From NCBI GenBank assembly GCA_963830455.1, contig CAWHMT010000004.1:39431-103430 (forward strand): DNA of 64,000 bases, written 5' to 3'. Positions within the stretch are counted from its first letter, which is position 1. The number at the start of each line of letters is the position of its first letter. Position numbers and translations under genes: made by a program. This DNA is from an uncultured Gemmatimonadales bacterium. GTDB lineage: Bacteria > Gemmatimonadota > Gemmatimonadetes > Gemmatimonadales > GWC2-71-9. The notes under the pieces were generated by a model. The model ran no database searches and had not been told where the DNA came from. It was given only the letters and a program-made list of their open reading frames with translations. Shown one piece after another: positions 1 to 9,833 of this stretch.

Positions 1-285
1 GCACTCAGTCCAGACCACGCGCTCCTTGGGGACGATCTCGCGGTACTCGCCGTGGAAGCCGACTTCGAACTTGCCGTGCGCAATCATGAGAAAGCGCCAC
101 TTTCCGCCGACGCGCAGATCGATCTCCGCCAGCTTCATCTCGCCACGCTTACCCACCCACCACTTGCTCACGAGCTCGGGCGTCGTGAACGTCTTGTAGA
201 CGAGGTGCTTGGGGGCGGCGAAGTCCCGTTCGATCAGGATCTGCGTATCCGTGGGCAAGCTCACCACGGCGCGGTTTTTACTCAT
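1..285 (-). CDS. SRPBCC/AHSA1-family protein (activator of Hsp90 ATPase homolog 1-like), C-terminus cut by window edge
   Basis: Own minus-strand translation from ATG 285-283: MSKNRAVVSLPTDTQILIERDFAAPKHLVYKTFTTPELVSKWWVGKRGEMKLAEIDLRVGGKWRFLMIAHGKFEVGFHGEYREIVPKERVVW... This is an AHSA1-type N-terminus. It overlaps the upstream ArsR gene by 8 nt (classic ArsR-AHSA1 pair). It is absent from the ORF track because it runs off the window. Confidence 0.7.
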   Translation of the reverse strand, partial: MSKNRAVVSLPTDTQILIERDFAAPKHLVYKTFTTPELVSKWWVGKRGEMKLAEIDLRVGGKWRFLMIAHGKFEVGFHGEYREIVPKERVVWTEC

Positions 286-634
286 GACGTCCACCATCGG
301 AGTCTTCCTCCCGTTTGAGTTCGTCCAGCACGTCGTCCATTCGGTCGAACCGCTCGTTCCACGCCTGTTCGTAGTTCTTTACCCACTCGTGGATCGACTT
401 GAGCGGCCGGCCGTTGAGGCGGTACAGCCGGTGACGCCCGTCTTCGCGGACGTGCACGAGGCCGACTTCCCGCAGGACGCGCAGGTGCTTGGACACCTGT
501 GGTTGGCCCAGCCTGAGCTGCCGCACCAGGTCGTTCACCGGCCGTTCGCCCTTTGCGAGGAGATCGAGGATCTCCCGGCGCCGAGGCTCGGCGACCGCGT
601 TGAACGCGTCCGTGGTGGTGGCTGCTCTGGCCAT
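278..634 (-). CDS. ArsR/SmtB-family winged-helix transcriptional regulator
   Basis: 118-aa ORF. The HTH region AEPRRREILDLLAKGERPVNDLVRQLRLGQPQVSKHLRVLREVGLV is typical of the ArsR family. Confidence 0.85.
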   Translation of the reverse strand: MARAATTTDAFNAVAEPRRREILDLLAKGERPVNDLVRQLRLGQPQVSKHLRVLREVGLVHVREDGRHRLYRLNGRPLKSIHEWVKNYEQAWNERFDRMDDVLDELKREEDSDGGRHE

Positions 635-673
635 GTCCGTTAATATATTCCCATATAGGAATATGTCAACGGT

Positions 674-696
674 GGGACTAGGGCTGGGGACTCGGG
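674..696 (+). repeat. G-tract motif GGGACTAGGGCTGGGGACTCGGG (four G3-4 runs, loops 2-4 nt; G-quadruplex-type)
   Basis: Read directly. It lies in the intergenic gap between the ArsR start (634) and the fucosidase stop (699) and shares the GGGACTAGGG core with 7694-7723. Confidence 0.5.
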
Positions 697-698
697 AT

Positions 699-2135
699 TC
701 AGACCTTTCGGCTAAGCTCTGAGAAGAGAGAGACTTCGGAGATGGCAGGACAGACTGATGCGCCGGTTATTCGGACGCGAACGCGGTTTGTGGCGACCCC
801 GGGCCCGCGGATGAGACGGCAATTCCCGATGCTCGTCGCTCGGCCGAACACCTTCCAGCCCCCGCTACGCCACATATCAACGTTTATGGATATGACGCGC
901 TGACCGAGGGGGAGGTACTCGCGCAGCCGGACCACGTTGAAGGTCACTTCTCGATCGAATTCGAGTGTCAGGCTCGGCGTCTTTACGGCGTCGTCGCTCG
1001 CCCAGTAGGTGTCACGCTTACCGTCGATCACATTCGCCGCAGGAAAACCGGCGCGCGTGTTGCTCGCACTCACCCGCGCCCCCCCTTGGGCCGCCAGGTC
1101 GGTACCAAATGTCGCGTCGACGTATCGTTTGAACCCGCGTAACGACGCGACATCGTTGTCGTGAATCCGCCCACGCCGATCCGGCGGCAGGTTCAGCAGG
1201 AACGACGCGCCCCGCCCTACTGACTTGTAGTAGAGGTCGACGAGCTGCTCGGACGTTTTGACCTGGCCATCCTCATGCTTGTGATAGAACCAGCCAGGCC
1301 TGATCGACACATCGCACTCCGCCGGCACCCAATGCGTCCCGGGGCGATCGCCCCGGTTCAGCCGAGCCGCGTCGGCCCGCCCGGGCGCAAAGTCGGCGCT
1401 GTTCTGCGTCGCCCAACACGTTTCGCCCGCAATCCCGTTTTCATTCCCAACCCAGCGGAGGTCAGGCCCCGCGTCGCTGAACAACACCGCGTCGGGCTGG
1501 AGCTCGCGCACCAGCTGCCACGTGGCCGGCCAATCGTAGTAGGTGCGGTTGTCGATCTCGCGCCGCTCATAGGCTCCACCGTAATAGCCGTCGCCGCCAT
1601 TGGCGCCGTCGAAAAAGATCTCGAACACCGGGCCATATTGGGTCAGCAGCTCGCGGAGCTGATTTCGGTAATATGTGAGGTACTCGGGCCGCCCGTAGTC
1701 CTTGTGATTGCGGTCCCACGGCGAGAGATAGACGCCGAACTTCACGCCCGCTCGCGCGCAGGCGTCCGAGATTTCCTTCACATAGTCGCGATTGGTGACG
1801 CAGTGCTCAGTATAGCGAGACGGCCAAAGACAGAACCCGTCGTGGTGCTTGCACGTGAGGATGAGCCCCTTCATCCCGCCGCCCTTCGCGGCTTCCACGA
1901 TCTGATCGGCGTCGAAGTCGGTCGGATTGAACAAGGCCGGCGATTCGTCGCCATAGCCCCACTCGCGGTTCGTAAACGTGTTGATCGTGAAATGGAGGAA
2001 GCCGTAGAATTCCAGCTCGTGCCAGGCAAGCTGGCGCGCTGATGGAACGGGACCAAACGGCGCTGGAGCATCGCTAAACCGCACGCCCGCGAGCGCGAGC
2101 GAGGCCAGCATGAACTCACGCCGGCTAACGGTCAT
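699..2135 (-). CDS. alpha-L-fucosidase (GH29) with C-terminal F5/8 type C (discoidin-like) module
   Basis: 478 aa with an N-terminal signal. GH29 core LAWHELEFYGFLHFTINTF...LTCKHHDGFCLWPS. The C-terminal NVIDGKRDTYWAS region resembles a discoidin domain. Confidence 0.85.
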   Translation of the reverse strand: MTVSRREFMLASLALAGVRFSDAPAPFGPVPSARQLAWHELEFYGFLHFTINTFTNREWGYGDESPALFNPTDFDADQIVEAAKGGGMKGLILTCKHHDGFCLWPSRYTEHCVTNRDYVKEISDACARAGVKFGVYLSPWDRNHKDYGRPEYLTYYRNQLRELLTQYGPVFEIFFDGANGGDGYYGGAYERREIDNRTYYDWPATWQLVRELQPDAVLFSDAGPDLRWVGNENGIAGETCWATQNSADFAPGRADAARLNRGDRPGTHWVPAECDVSIRPGWFYHKHEDGQVKTSEQLVDLYYKSVGRGASFLLNLPPDRRGRIHDNDVASLRGFKRYVDATFGTDLAAQGGARVSASNTRAGFPAANVIDGKRDTYWASDDAVKTPSLTLEFDREVTFNVVRLREYLPLGQRVISINVDMWRSGGWKVFGRATSIGNCRLIRGPGVATNRVRVRITGASVCPAISEVSLFSELSRKV

Positions 2136-4710
2136 CGCGGTCTTCGTCGGCGATATCGACGGCCATCGGGAAAAAGACCGAGCGCTTCACACCGGGGAAC
2201 GGCTTGTCCCACCCACGCGCGTCATGCCACAGAATCCGGTTGAGCAGATCCGAGGGCGCGGCGTCGGGAGTATTGAATTTCATCCGCGCCGACGCGAGCG
2301 CGGCCCGCCGGCGCTCCTCGGCGTGCGGCCCCGTGATCGAACCCACGCGCTGATTGACCTCGTGCAGCGACTGCGTGGGAATCAGCGCCGTATATGGCGT
2401 GAAATCGGGTGACTCGTCGGGACCAATGAAGCTCGCCCGCATGTCGGTCGCCACAAGATCAAACAGGCTCAGCGCCGGCAGGCCCAGCATCAGCTCGATC
2501 GTCTTTACCATACTCGGCTGGGCATAGAACGTCTGATCGAGCGCGCCCCGCTTGGCATACGGGCTCGCCACCATCGCGACGGTGCGATGCCCGTCGATGT
2601 GATCGACGCCATTTTGCGCGTCATCCTCGACAATCAGAATCGCCATCCTCTTCCAGAACGAGCTGCGCGACAGTCCTTCGACCATGCGGCCCGTCGCGAG
2701 ATCGTTGTCCGCTACGCAGGCCTTGGGCGTGCACCAGCCAGGGCTCGTGCCCTGCGTGTGGTCGCTGGGAAGAATCACCATCACCAGGTTCGGCATCTTC
2801 CCCGCCGTTTCCCATTCCCGCAGATGCTCGAGAAACACGTCGGCTTTCACGACGTCCGGGTTCTCTTGCGTCCAACCCGGATAGTCGCGCACCAGCACCC
2901 GGTCGAGCGAGGGAATGTCGGAGCGCGTGTTGTAGCGCTTGGCCATGTACGCGCGGAAGTCGGCCGGATTGTGCGGCTGCGAGTCGCGGTACTGCGCGAG
3001 CAGCGAAGCGCGCACCGAGGCGCTGTCGCTCTGCGGGGCGGGCGCATACTCGCCGAACACGCTCACGGTCTTGCCCTTCTGTTGCGCCACTTCCCACAGG
3101 AAGCCGCCCGACGAGTACGCCAGCGGATCCTGGCCTTCCGAGGGATAACTGCGGCCCTCGTACAGCGGCCACATCGGGTATTCGGTCTCGTTGGCCTGCG
3201 TGAGCCAGTTGTGGCCATCGGCGGAGTTGCCGCCGGACGCGAAGAAGTGATCGAGCAGCACGAACTGGTCGGCGAGCGCGTGCGCGTTGGGTGTCACGTC
3301 GCGCCCGTACTGCACCAGCGTCGAGTCGCTCGCGCCGCGCCCCATATCGCCGAACACCTGATCGTAGGTGCGGTTTTCGCGAATGATGTACACGACGTGC
3401 TCGATCAACGACGGCTCGCCCGGCCGCTCGGGGACCGCCCGAGCAACGACCTTGCGAGGCGCCGGCGCGGCCTCGGCGGCTCCGAGTGTCAGACGATTGT
3501 TGCGCGCAACGGACGTGGTATACGCGGCAAGCTCCGCCTCCGAAGGGACGGCGATGACGTTGACCGAGCCGCGATAGGAATGGACATACTTGCCCTCCAT
3601 CCCCGATGTGCGCCCCGTCCCCGACCCCACACCGAACAGCGCCCCAACCGCAATCGTCTTTCCATCGGCACTCACGTCGATGCTCGACGGATACCAGCCA
3701 GTGGGAATCAGGCCGCGAAATTGGCCGCTCGGCAGCGCATACACGCCCACGGCATTGAGGCCACCCAGTGTCACGTACAGCGTCGCGCCGTCGGGCGAGA
3801 CTTCCACATCTGTCGGCGCGAATCCGATCTTGCGCTCGCGGAACGGCGCGATGGCAATAGACCGCAGCCGCGTGCGGGCTCGTGTGTCGATGACGCTCAC
3901 GGTGTCGGAGTTGCCGTTCGCTACGTACAACCGCCCGTTCTTCTCATCCCACGCGACTCCGGTCGGATGCCGGCCCACCGTGATCACGGTGCGGACGGCC
4001 CCGGCGACCAGATCGACTTCGGAGACATCGCCCGCTTGAGCGATGCCGCGTGCATCGACCCGCACGAGCTCCGCGAACGCATCGCAGCACTGTTTGGCGG
4101 CGCGTGAACGGGCTGTCGGCTTCCGGCCGCCGAGGTTCGTGACCCACGCTCTGGAACCATCCGCGTTGATCGCGGCCGCGACGGGCAACACGCCGAGCGG
4201 GATCATCCTGATCAGCGAGCCGCGGTCGGCATCGATCACCGCCAGGGAGTCGTTCGCCGGCAGCGGCACGACAGCGACACGCCGGCCGGAGGCGTTGGCG
4301 CGCGACGCGACCGCGACGCCCCCAGCCATGCTCGAGCCGAGCGACCATGTGAAGCGAGCCGCACCACTTGAGTCGAAGGAGAATGTTTTGCCGACGCCGG
4401 ACACGATCGCGCGCCCGGTAACGGGATCCACCGCGACACCCTGCACGCCGGCACGATCCTCGAGCCGCGCACTCGCGAGCATCGCATTGTCGCGCCAATC
4501 GAGCAGATATGCGGCCCGGTTCACAGAGACCCAGATTTCGCCGGGACGCTTGCCGAAGCGCACGCCGGTCACCCGCGCGCCGAACACGCTCTGCACGCCG
4601 GCGGGAGTGACCTGTGCGGCGGTGGCGATTACGCCAGAATCGGGGACGCTTCGTTTAGGCTGTGGCGGTGCCTGGGGCATCGCCTGAAGCAGCAGGAGGA
4701 CGGCGAGCAT
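2125..4710 (-). CDS. bifunctional YncE-like beta-propeller / phosphoesterase-family (PLC/AcpA-like) protein
   Basis: 861 aa with a signal peptide. The N-terminal half has YVTN-type repeats (LYVANGNSDTVSVID, LYVTLGGLNAVGVY). The C-terminal half is phosphoesterase family (HVVYIIRENRTYDQVFGDM ... MVILPSDHTQG). Overlaps the fucosidase gene by 11 nt. Confidence 0.75.
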   Translation of the reverse strand: MLAVLLLLQAMPQAPPQPKRSVPDSGVIATAAQVTPAGVQSVFGARVTGVRFGKRPGEIWVSVNRAAYLLDWRDNAMLASARLEDRAGVQGVAVDPVTGRAIVSGVGKTFSFDSSGAARFTWSLGSSMAGGVAVASRANASGRRVAVVPLPANDSLAVIDADRGSLIRMIPLGVLPVAAAINADGSRAWVTNLGGRKPTARSRAAKQCCDAFAELVRVDARGIAQAGDVSEVDLVAGAVRTVITVGRHPTGVAWDEKNGRLYVANGNSDTVSVIDTRARTRLRSIAIAPFRERKIGFAPTDVEVSPDGATLYVTLGGLNAVGVYALPSGQFRGLIPTGWYPSSIDVSADGKTIAVGALFGVGSGTGRTSGMEGKYVHSYRGSVNVIAVPSEAELAAYTTSVARNNRLTLGAAEAAPAPRKVVARAVPERPGEPSLIEHVVYIIRENRTYDQVFGDMGRGASDSTLVQYGRDVTPNAHALADQFVLLDHFFASGGNSADGHNWLTQANETEYPMWPLYEGRSYPSEGQDPLAYSSGGFLWEVAQQKGKTVSVFGEYAPAPQSDSASVRASLLAQYRDSQPHNPADFRAYMAKRYNTRSDIPSLDRVLVRDYPGWTQENPDVVKADVFLEHLREWETAGKMPNLVMVILPSDHTQGTSPGWCTPKACVADNDLATGRMVEGLSRSSFWKRMAILIVEDDAQNGVDHIDGHRTVAMVASPYAKRGALDQTFYAQPSMVKTIELMLGLPALSLFDLVATDMRASFIGPDESPDFTPYTALIPTQSLHEVNQRVGSITGPHAEERRRAALASARMKFNTPDAAPSDLLNRILWHDARGWDKPFPGVKRSVFFPMAVDIADEDRDDR

Positions 4711-4725
4711 GCTCCAATAATGCGC

Positions 4726-5229
4726 CTACTGTTGATGGGCTTCAACAAACCACAGCCACTTGTCCGTGCCCCGCGCAATCTCCGTCAGCATATCGGCGCT
4801 GACCGCATCCTCCAGCTCGTTCATCTCCTCGATGCAGATGCGGGCACCGCGCGCGAATGCGCTCAGCGCGTCCGACAGCGCGGCCACGTGCTCGGGTCCC
4901 GTGCTCAGGCCGATCGGGTAGTCCGGGAGCGCGGACCGCTCCGTGACCACACCCACCGTGCCCTCGGCGATCCCGCCGAGCTGCATGATGCGTTCGGCGA
5001 TGAGATCGACGTACTCCACCACGGCGTCGTTGATCTCGTCGAACAGCTTGTGCAGCGCGATGAAAGCGGGGCCCTTCACGTTCCAATGCGCCTGCTTGCA
5101 CTGCGTCTGGAGATCGATCGCGTCGGCGAGCCGCTGATTGAGCAGCGACACGACTTCCGTGCGCGTCGATTCGGGAAGATCGTTCTTGGTCGTGTGCAGC
5201 TTCGTGTCGCTGCGTGATGCCGTTGCCAT
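4726..5229 (-). CDS. dps: Dps (DNA starvation/stationary-phase protection protein, ferritin-like)
   Basis: 167 aa with Dps signature CKQAHWNVKGPAFIALHKLFDEINDAV. Confidence 0.9.
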   Translation of the reverse strand: MATASRSDTKLHTTKNDLPESTRTEVVSLLNQRLADAIDLQTQCKQAHWNVKGPAFIALHKLFDEINDAVVEYVDLIAERIMQLGGIAEGTVGVVTERSALPDYPIGLSTGPEHVAALSDALSAFARGARICIEEMNELEDAVSADMLTEIARGTDKWLWFVEAHQQ

Positions 5230-5243
5230 CTACTCCTCCTTGT

Positions 5244-6233
<990 letters not shown>

Positions 6234-6245
6234 CGGAACCTCCCG

Positions 6246-6758
6246 TTACCGCGCTGCTTTTGCCACCGTGTCCCACGTCCGGGTTGTGACTTCCTTGCCG
6301 AACGTTTTGTCGATCAGCGTCATGAAAACCGGGCCCTTGGGATTCGGCACGTACACGCTGAAGATTGCGCCGCCCTGCATCACCAAAATGCGCGCCCCTT
6401 CGAATTCGATCGGCAGCTTCAACGTCTTGGACGGCCGCTCGCGCAGGAATGTGATGATCCGTTTGGACTCGGGCGCCAGGCGAAACCCCTTGTAGGGATC
6501 GGACGCGAGGATCTTGCGGAGCCCGTTCACGGGGCGGACGATCGTGAGAAACGCCTGGCCCAGCTTGTCGTGCATGGCCCTTTCGGCCCGGCGCTCGAGC
6601 GACGCGACCGGCGCCACCGGCGCGCTGAAGACGACGTTCCCGCTCGCGAGCAGCGTCTTCACGTCGGTGAAACCGGCGGCCTCGAACGCCGCTTTGAGCT
6701 GCGGCATTTTGGCGTTCGTCGGCATCACCCCTCTCAGGAAGGCAGCGTAGCGCGGCAT
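6246..6758 (-). CDS. DUF1697 domain-containing protein
   Basis: 170 aa. MPRYAAFLRGVMPTNAKMPQLKAAFEAAGFTDVKTLLASGNVVF matches the DUF1697 N-terminal pattern. Confidence 0.75.
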   Translation of the reverse strand: MPRYAAFLRGVMPTNAKMPQLKAAFEAAGFTDVKTLLASGNVVFSAPVAPVASLERRAERAMHDKLGQAFLTIVRPVNGLRKILASDPYKGFRLAPESKRIITFLRERPSKTLKLPIEFEGARILVMQGGAIFSVYVPNPKGPVFMTLIDKTFGKEVTTRTWDTVAKAAR

Positions 6759-6760
6759 GG

Positions 6761-7333
6761 TTATGTGGGGAGGAACGCTTCCACAAAGCCCAGGTTGGCG
6801 CGCCCCGCAATACGAACGATGGCCGGCGCGTCGCTCACCGATCCCTTGATGGCGAAGTATCCGAGGAATGCCCGCCCGCTCGTCTCGACCCGCACGCCGG
6901 CAGGGAACCGGATCTGCACATACCCCGAAAACACGCCAACGTCGATGGTAGTCACACCGGGCTCGAAGCGCGCCTGAGTCAGATCGAGCTCTACGTAGCC
7001 GAGGCGCGCCCGCAGCGTGAGATGGCGCGGCATCACACCCGCCAATTTGCGCTCTTGTCCCGCGAACGTCGCCCGAATATCGGTGGACTCGTGGTCTCCG
7101 AGCGCGGGCAGATCGGCGATGATGGCGTCGAGCTCCTGCAGAGACTTCGCTTCGTACACAGCCTGGAACCGGGCATCGAGCTGGGCTTCGGTGAGCTGAT
7201 CGTTGGCGAAGGAGCGCGTCAATACATCGATCACGCGGTCCCGCGCGGCGGCTGGAAGATCGGGAAGATCGGGCACGTCTAAACCTACTGTCGATTTCCC
7301 CTCCCTCTCAACGACTACCGGGTGTCCGAGCAT
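6761..7333 (-). CDS. DUF1707-like domain protein (hypothetical)
   Basis: 190 aa. DQLTEAQLDARFQAVYEAKSLQELDAIIADLP resembles DUF1707. The C-terminal half is beta-rich and of unknown function. Confidence 0.5.
   Translation of the reverse strand: MLGHPVVVEREGKSTVGLDVPDLPDLPAAARDRVIDVLTRSFANDQLTEAQLDARFQAVYEAKSLQELDAIIADLPALGDHESTDIRATFAGQERKLAGVMPRHLTLRARLGYVELDLTQARFEPGVTTIDVGVFSGYVQIRFPAGVRVETSGRAFLGYFAIKGSVSDAPAIVRIAGRANLGFVEAFLPT
7300..7317 (+). promoter_or_regulatory. conserved 18-mer AACGACTACCGGGTGTCC, 39 nt upstream of yciI copy 1 (candidate promoter/operator element)
   Basis: A near-identical 18-mer (one R difference) recurs at 7747-7764, 36 nt upstream of yciI copy 2. The rest of the two leaders is not conserved. 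Confidence 0.3.
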
Positions 7334-7356
7334 ATTTCCGACCTTACGGAGGAGCC

Positions 7357-7701
7357 ATGAAATACCTGTGCCTGGTCTACCAGGAAGAAAAGCAGGAAGT
7401 GAACGTCCCCAAGGAGACGATCGAGCAAGCCAAGCGGGACTACTGGGCGTTCACCGAAGACATCAAGAAGAGTGGGCACTATGTCGGCAGTAACGGGCTG
7501 CAGCACACCGATGCCGCGACGACCGTTCGTGTCCGCAACGGCAAGCTCTCGACCACCGATGGGCCTTTTGCCGAGACCAAGGAGCAGCTCGGCGGCTACT
7601 TCCTCATTGAGGCCAAAGACCTGAACGACGCCATCCAGGTAGCGGCGCGCATTCCGTCAGCCAAGTGGGGATCGGTCGAGGTCCGGCCGGTTTGGGGCTA
7701 G
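7357..7701 (+). CDS. YciI-family (DGPF domain) protein, copy 1
   Basis: 114 aa. MKYLCLVYQEE...DGPFAETKEQLGGYFLIEAKDLNDAIQVAARIP. GGAGGAG RBS just upstream. Confidence 0.8.
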   Translation: MKYLCLVYQEEKQEVNVPKETIEQAKRDYWAFTEDIKKSGHYVGSNGLQHTDAATTVRVRNGKLSTTDGPFAETKEQLGGYFLIEAKDLNDAIQVAARIPSAKWGSVEVRPVWG

Positions 7702-7723
7702 GGCCTAGGGTTGGGGACTAGGG
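7694..7723 (+). repeat. G-tract motif GGGGCTAGGGCCTAGGGTTGGGGACTAGGG (five G3-4 runs; G-quadruplex-type)
   Basis: Read directly. It starts inside the last codons and stop (TAG 7699-7701) of yciI copy 1 and extends into the spacer. Confidence 0.5.
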
Positions 7724-7746
7724 CCTGTCGAAATACGGACATCCCA

Positions 7747-7764
7747 AACGACTACCGGATGTCC
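7747..7764 (+). promoter_or_regulatory. conserved 18-mer AACGACTACCGGATGTCC upstream of yciI copy 2
   Basis: Second copy of the element at 7300-7317, at a similar distance to the start codon. Confidence 0.3.
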
Positions 7765-7800
7765 AGATTTCACAGTCCACAGACATGTCTCGGAGGAGCT

Positions 7801-8157
7801 ATGCGTTATCTGTGCCTGATTTACGAGGACGAGAAGTGGTGGGACAAGGCCACGCCGGCCGACATGGAGAAGGGCATGGCCGATTACAACGCGTTCACGG
7901 AAAGCATCAAGAAGAAGGGCAACTACATCGGCGGCGAAGCGCTGCAGCCGACGAAGACCGCGACGTCCGTAACGGTCCGCAACGGGAAAGTCTCGACCAC
8001 AGACGGCCCCTACGTCGAGACGAAGGAGCAGCTCGGCGGCTACTACCTGATCAACGCGAAGGACCTGAACGAGGCGGTCCAGGTCGCGTCCCGGATTCCG
8101 GGCGCGCAGCATGGGACGGTGGAAGTCCGACCGGTCATGGAGTTCGACCAGCCGTAG
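7801..8157 (+). CDS. YciI-family (DGPF domain) protein, copy 2
   Basis: Start chosen at ATG 7801 (MRYLCLIYEDEKWW...) with GGAGGAG RBS. DGPYVETKEQLGGYYLINAKDLNEAVQVASRIP is paralogous to copy 1. The track ORF 7711 has an unsupported N-terminal extension. Confidence 0.8.
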   Translation: MRYLCLIYEDEKWWDKATPADMEKGMADYNAFTESIKKKGNYIGGEALQPTKTATSVTVRNGKVSTTDGPYVETKEQLGGYYLINAKDLNEAVQVASRIPGAQHGTVEVRPVMEFDQP

Positions 8158-9333
8158 ACACGATCGAGTCGGTTTATCGCGCGGAGTCCCGCCGCGTCCT
8201 CGCGACCCTGATCCGCCTGCTCGGCGACTTCGATCTCGCCGAGGAGGCGCTTCAGGATGCGTTCGCGGCGGCGGTGGAGCGCTGGCCGATCGAGGGGACA
8301 CCCGCGAACCCCCGCTCGTGGCTGATCTCGACCGGCCGGTTCAAGGCCATCGATCGCCTTCGGAAGACCAGGCGCGAGACTCCCGGCGAGCTCGATGTCG
8401 CGCAGGACATGATCGAAACCGAGGACTACGACGTCGCCGACGACCGGCTGCGTCTGATCTTCACCTGCTGCCACCCGAGCATCAATCCTGACGCACAGGT
8501 GGGGATGACGTTGCGCGAGGTGTGCGGTCTGACGACCGAGCAGGTCGCCGCCGCGTTCCTCACGACCGCCCCGACGCTGGCGCAGCGCATTGTGCGCGCG
8601 AAGGCCAAGATCCGGGACGCGCGGATTCCGTACGAAGTACCAGCGCGCGCCGACCTGCCCGAGCGTCTCGCCACAGTACTGCACGTGATCTACCTCGTGT
8701 TCAATCAGGGCTACTTCACGCGAGCCGATCTGGCGGTCGAAGCGATTCGGCTCGGGCGGCTGCTGGTGGAGCTGCTCCCGGAGCCCGAAGCGCTCGGCCT
8801 GCTGGCGCTGATGCTGCTGCACGATGCCCGCCGCATGACTCGGACGACGCCGGCGGGCGAGCTGATTCCGCTCGAGGAGCAGGATCGCACGCGGTGGAAT
8901 CGCGCGCAGATAAAGGAAGGAGTGGAGCTGGTCGAGCAAGCGTTCGCTGTGCGGCGGGTGGGGCCCGTATCAGCTCCAGGCCGCGATCGCCGCGGTGCAC
9001 GCCGAGGCGCCATCGTCGGACCAGACCGACTGGAGCGAGATCGTGGGGCTGTACGACGTGCTGCTGAGGATCGATCCCTCACCCGTGATCGAGCTGAATC
9101 GGGCAGCGGCGATCGCGATGCGCGACGGACCCGAGCACGGCCTCGCGCTCATCGACGCGATTCTCGTGCGCGGCGATCTAATAGAGTACTCTCTCGCGCA
9201 CGCGGCACGCGCCGATCTGCTGCGCCGGCTGAAACGATCGTCCGAGGCCCGCCCCGCTTACGAGCGCGCGCTCGCATTGGCGGTCGAAGAACCGGCGCGG
9301 CGGTTCCTGGAGCGACGGCTGCGCGAGCTCTAA
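8154..9333 (+). pseudogene. ECF-type RNA polymerase sigma factor with long C-terminal (DUF6596-like) extension; frameshifted, start codon unclear
   Basis: Homology begins at ...IESVYRAESRRVLATLIRLLGDFDLAEEALQDAF (sigma region 2) and continues through LTTEQVAAAFLTTAPTLAQRIVRAKAKI (region 4). The frame changes by +1 in the G-run at 8958-8963: ...EQAFAVRRVG then GPYQLQAAIAAVHAEAPSSDQTDWSEIVGLYDVLL continues in ORF 8995-9333. There is no ATG/GTG/TTG in frame between 8100 and about 8270. May be a sequencing error. Confidence 0.7.
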
Positions 9334-9370
9334 CACCTGATAGCCGATAGCCCTCTTACCAAGGACACCC

Positions 9371-9814
9371 ATGTCACCACGATTCGTGATCCTCGCCCTG
9401 GCACTCTTGCCAGTGAGCAGGCTTCAAGCGCAGAGCTCCGCTGACTCGACCGGGATCCGCCAGGCCGCGCTCGACTACATCGAAGGGTATTACGAAGGAA
9501 ACGCCGAGCGGATGCAGCGCGCCCTGCACCCCGAGCTGGCCAAGCGCATCGTGAACGTCGACGAGCGCGGCCGATACCGGCTTGGCCAGATGAGCGCGAT
9601 GACACTCGTGGAGATCACGCGCGCCGGAGGCGGCAAAGACACGCCTGTTGCCGAGCGGCGCAAGGAGGTCACCATTCTCGACATCTACCAGAATGCCGCG
9701 AGCGCCAAGATCTACGCGTCAGGGTGGGTCGATTACCTGCATCTCGCCAAGTGGAACGGCCGCTGGGTAATCGTCAACGTGCTGTGGGAGCTGCATCCGC
9801 GAAGAGCTCCCTGA
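9371..9814 (+). CDS. secreted NTF2-like (SnoaL / putative lumazine-binding) family protein
   Basis: 147 aa with a signal peptide (MSPRFVILALALLPVSRLQAQ). IRQAALDYIEGYYEGNAERMQRALHPELAKR is typical of the NTF2-fold family. Confidence 0.6.
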   Translation: MSPRFVILALALLPVSRLQAQSSADSTGIRQAALDYIEGYYEGNAERMQRALHPELAKRIVNVDERGRYRLGQMSAMTLVEITRAGGGKDTPVAERRKEVTILDIYQNAASAKIYASGWVDYLHLAKWNGRWVIVNVLWELHPRRAP

Positions 9815-9833
9815 TTGCTCAGGGCCCACCGCG

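Noticed and set aside
7694-7723. CTAGGG repeats as telomere-like tandem arrays
   Set aside because: There are only 2-3 irregularly spaced units per site with variable loops. They are interspersed in a normal gene context rather than at a replicon end.
7785-9350. Single 521-aa ORF reading from inside yciI copy 2 through the sigma gene
   Set aside because: The first ~120 codons are an out-of-frame overlap of yciI-2. Everything after ~8960 is Arg-rich nonsense, while the conserved sigma C-terminus continues in the +1 frame (ORF 8995-9333).
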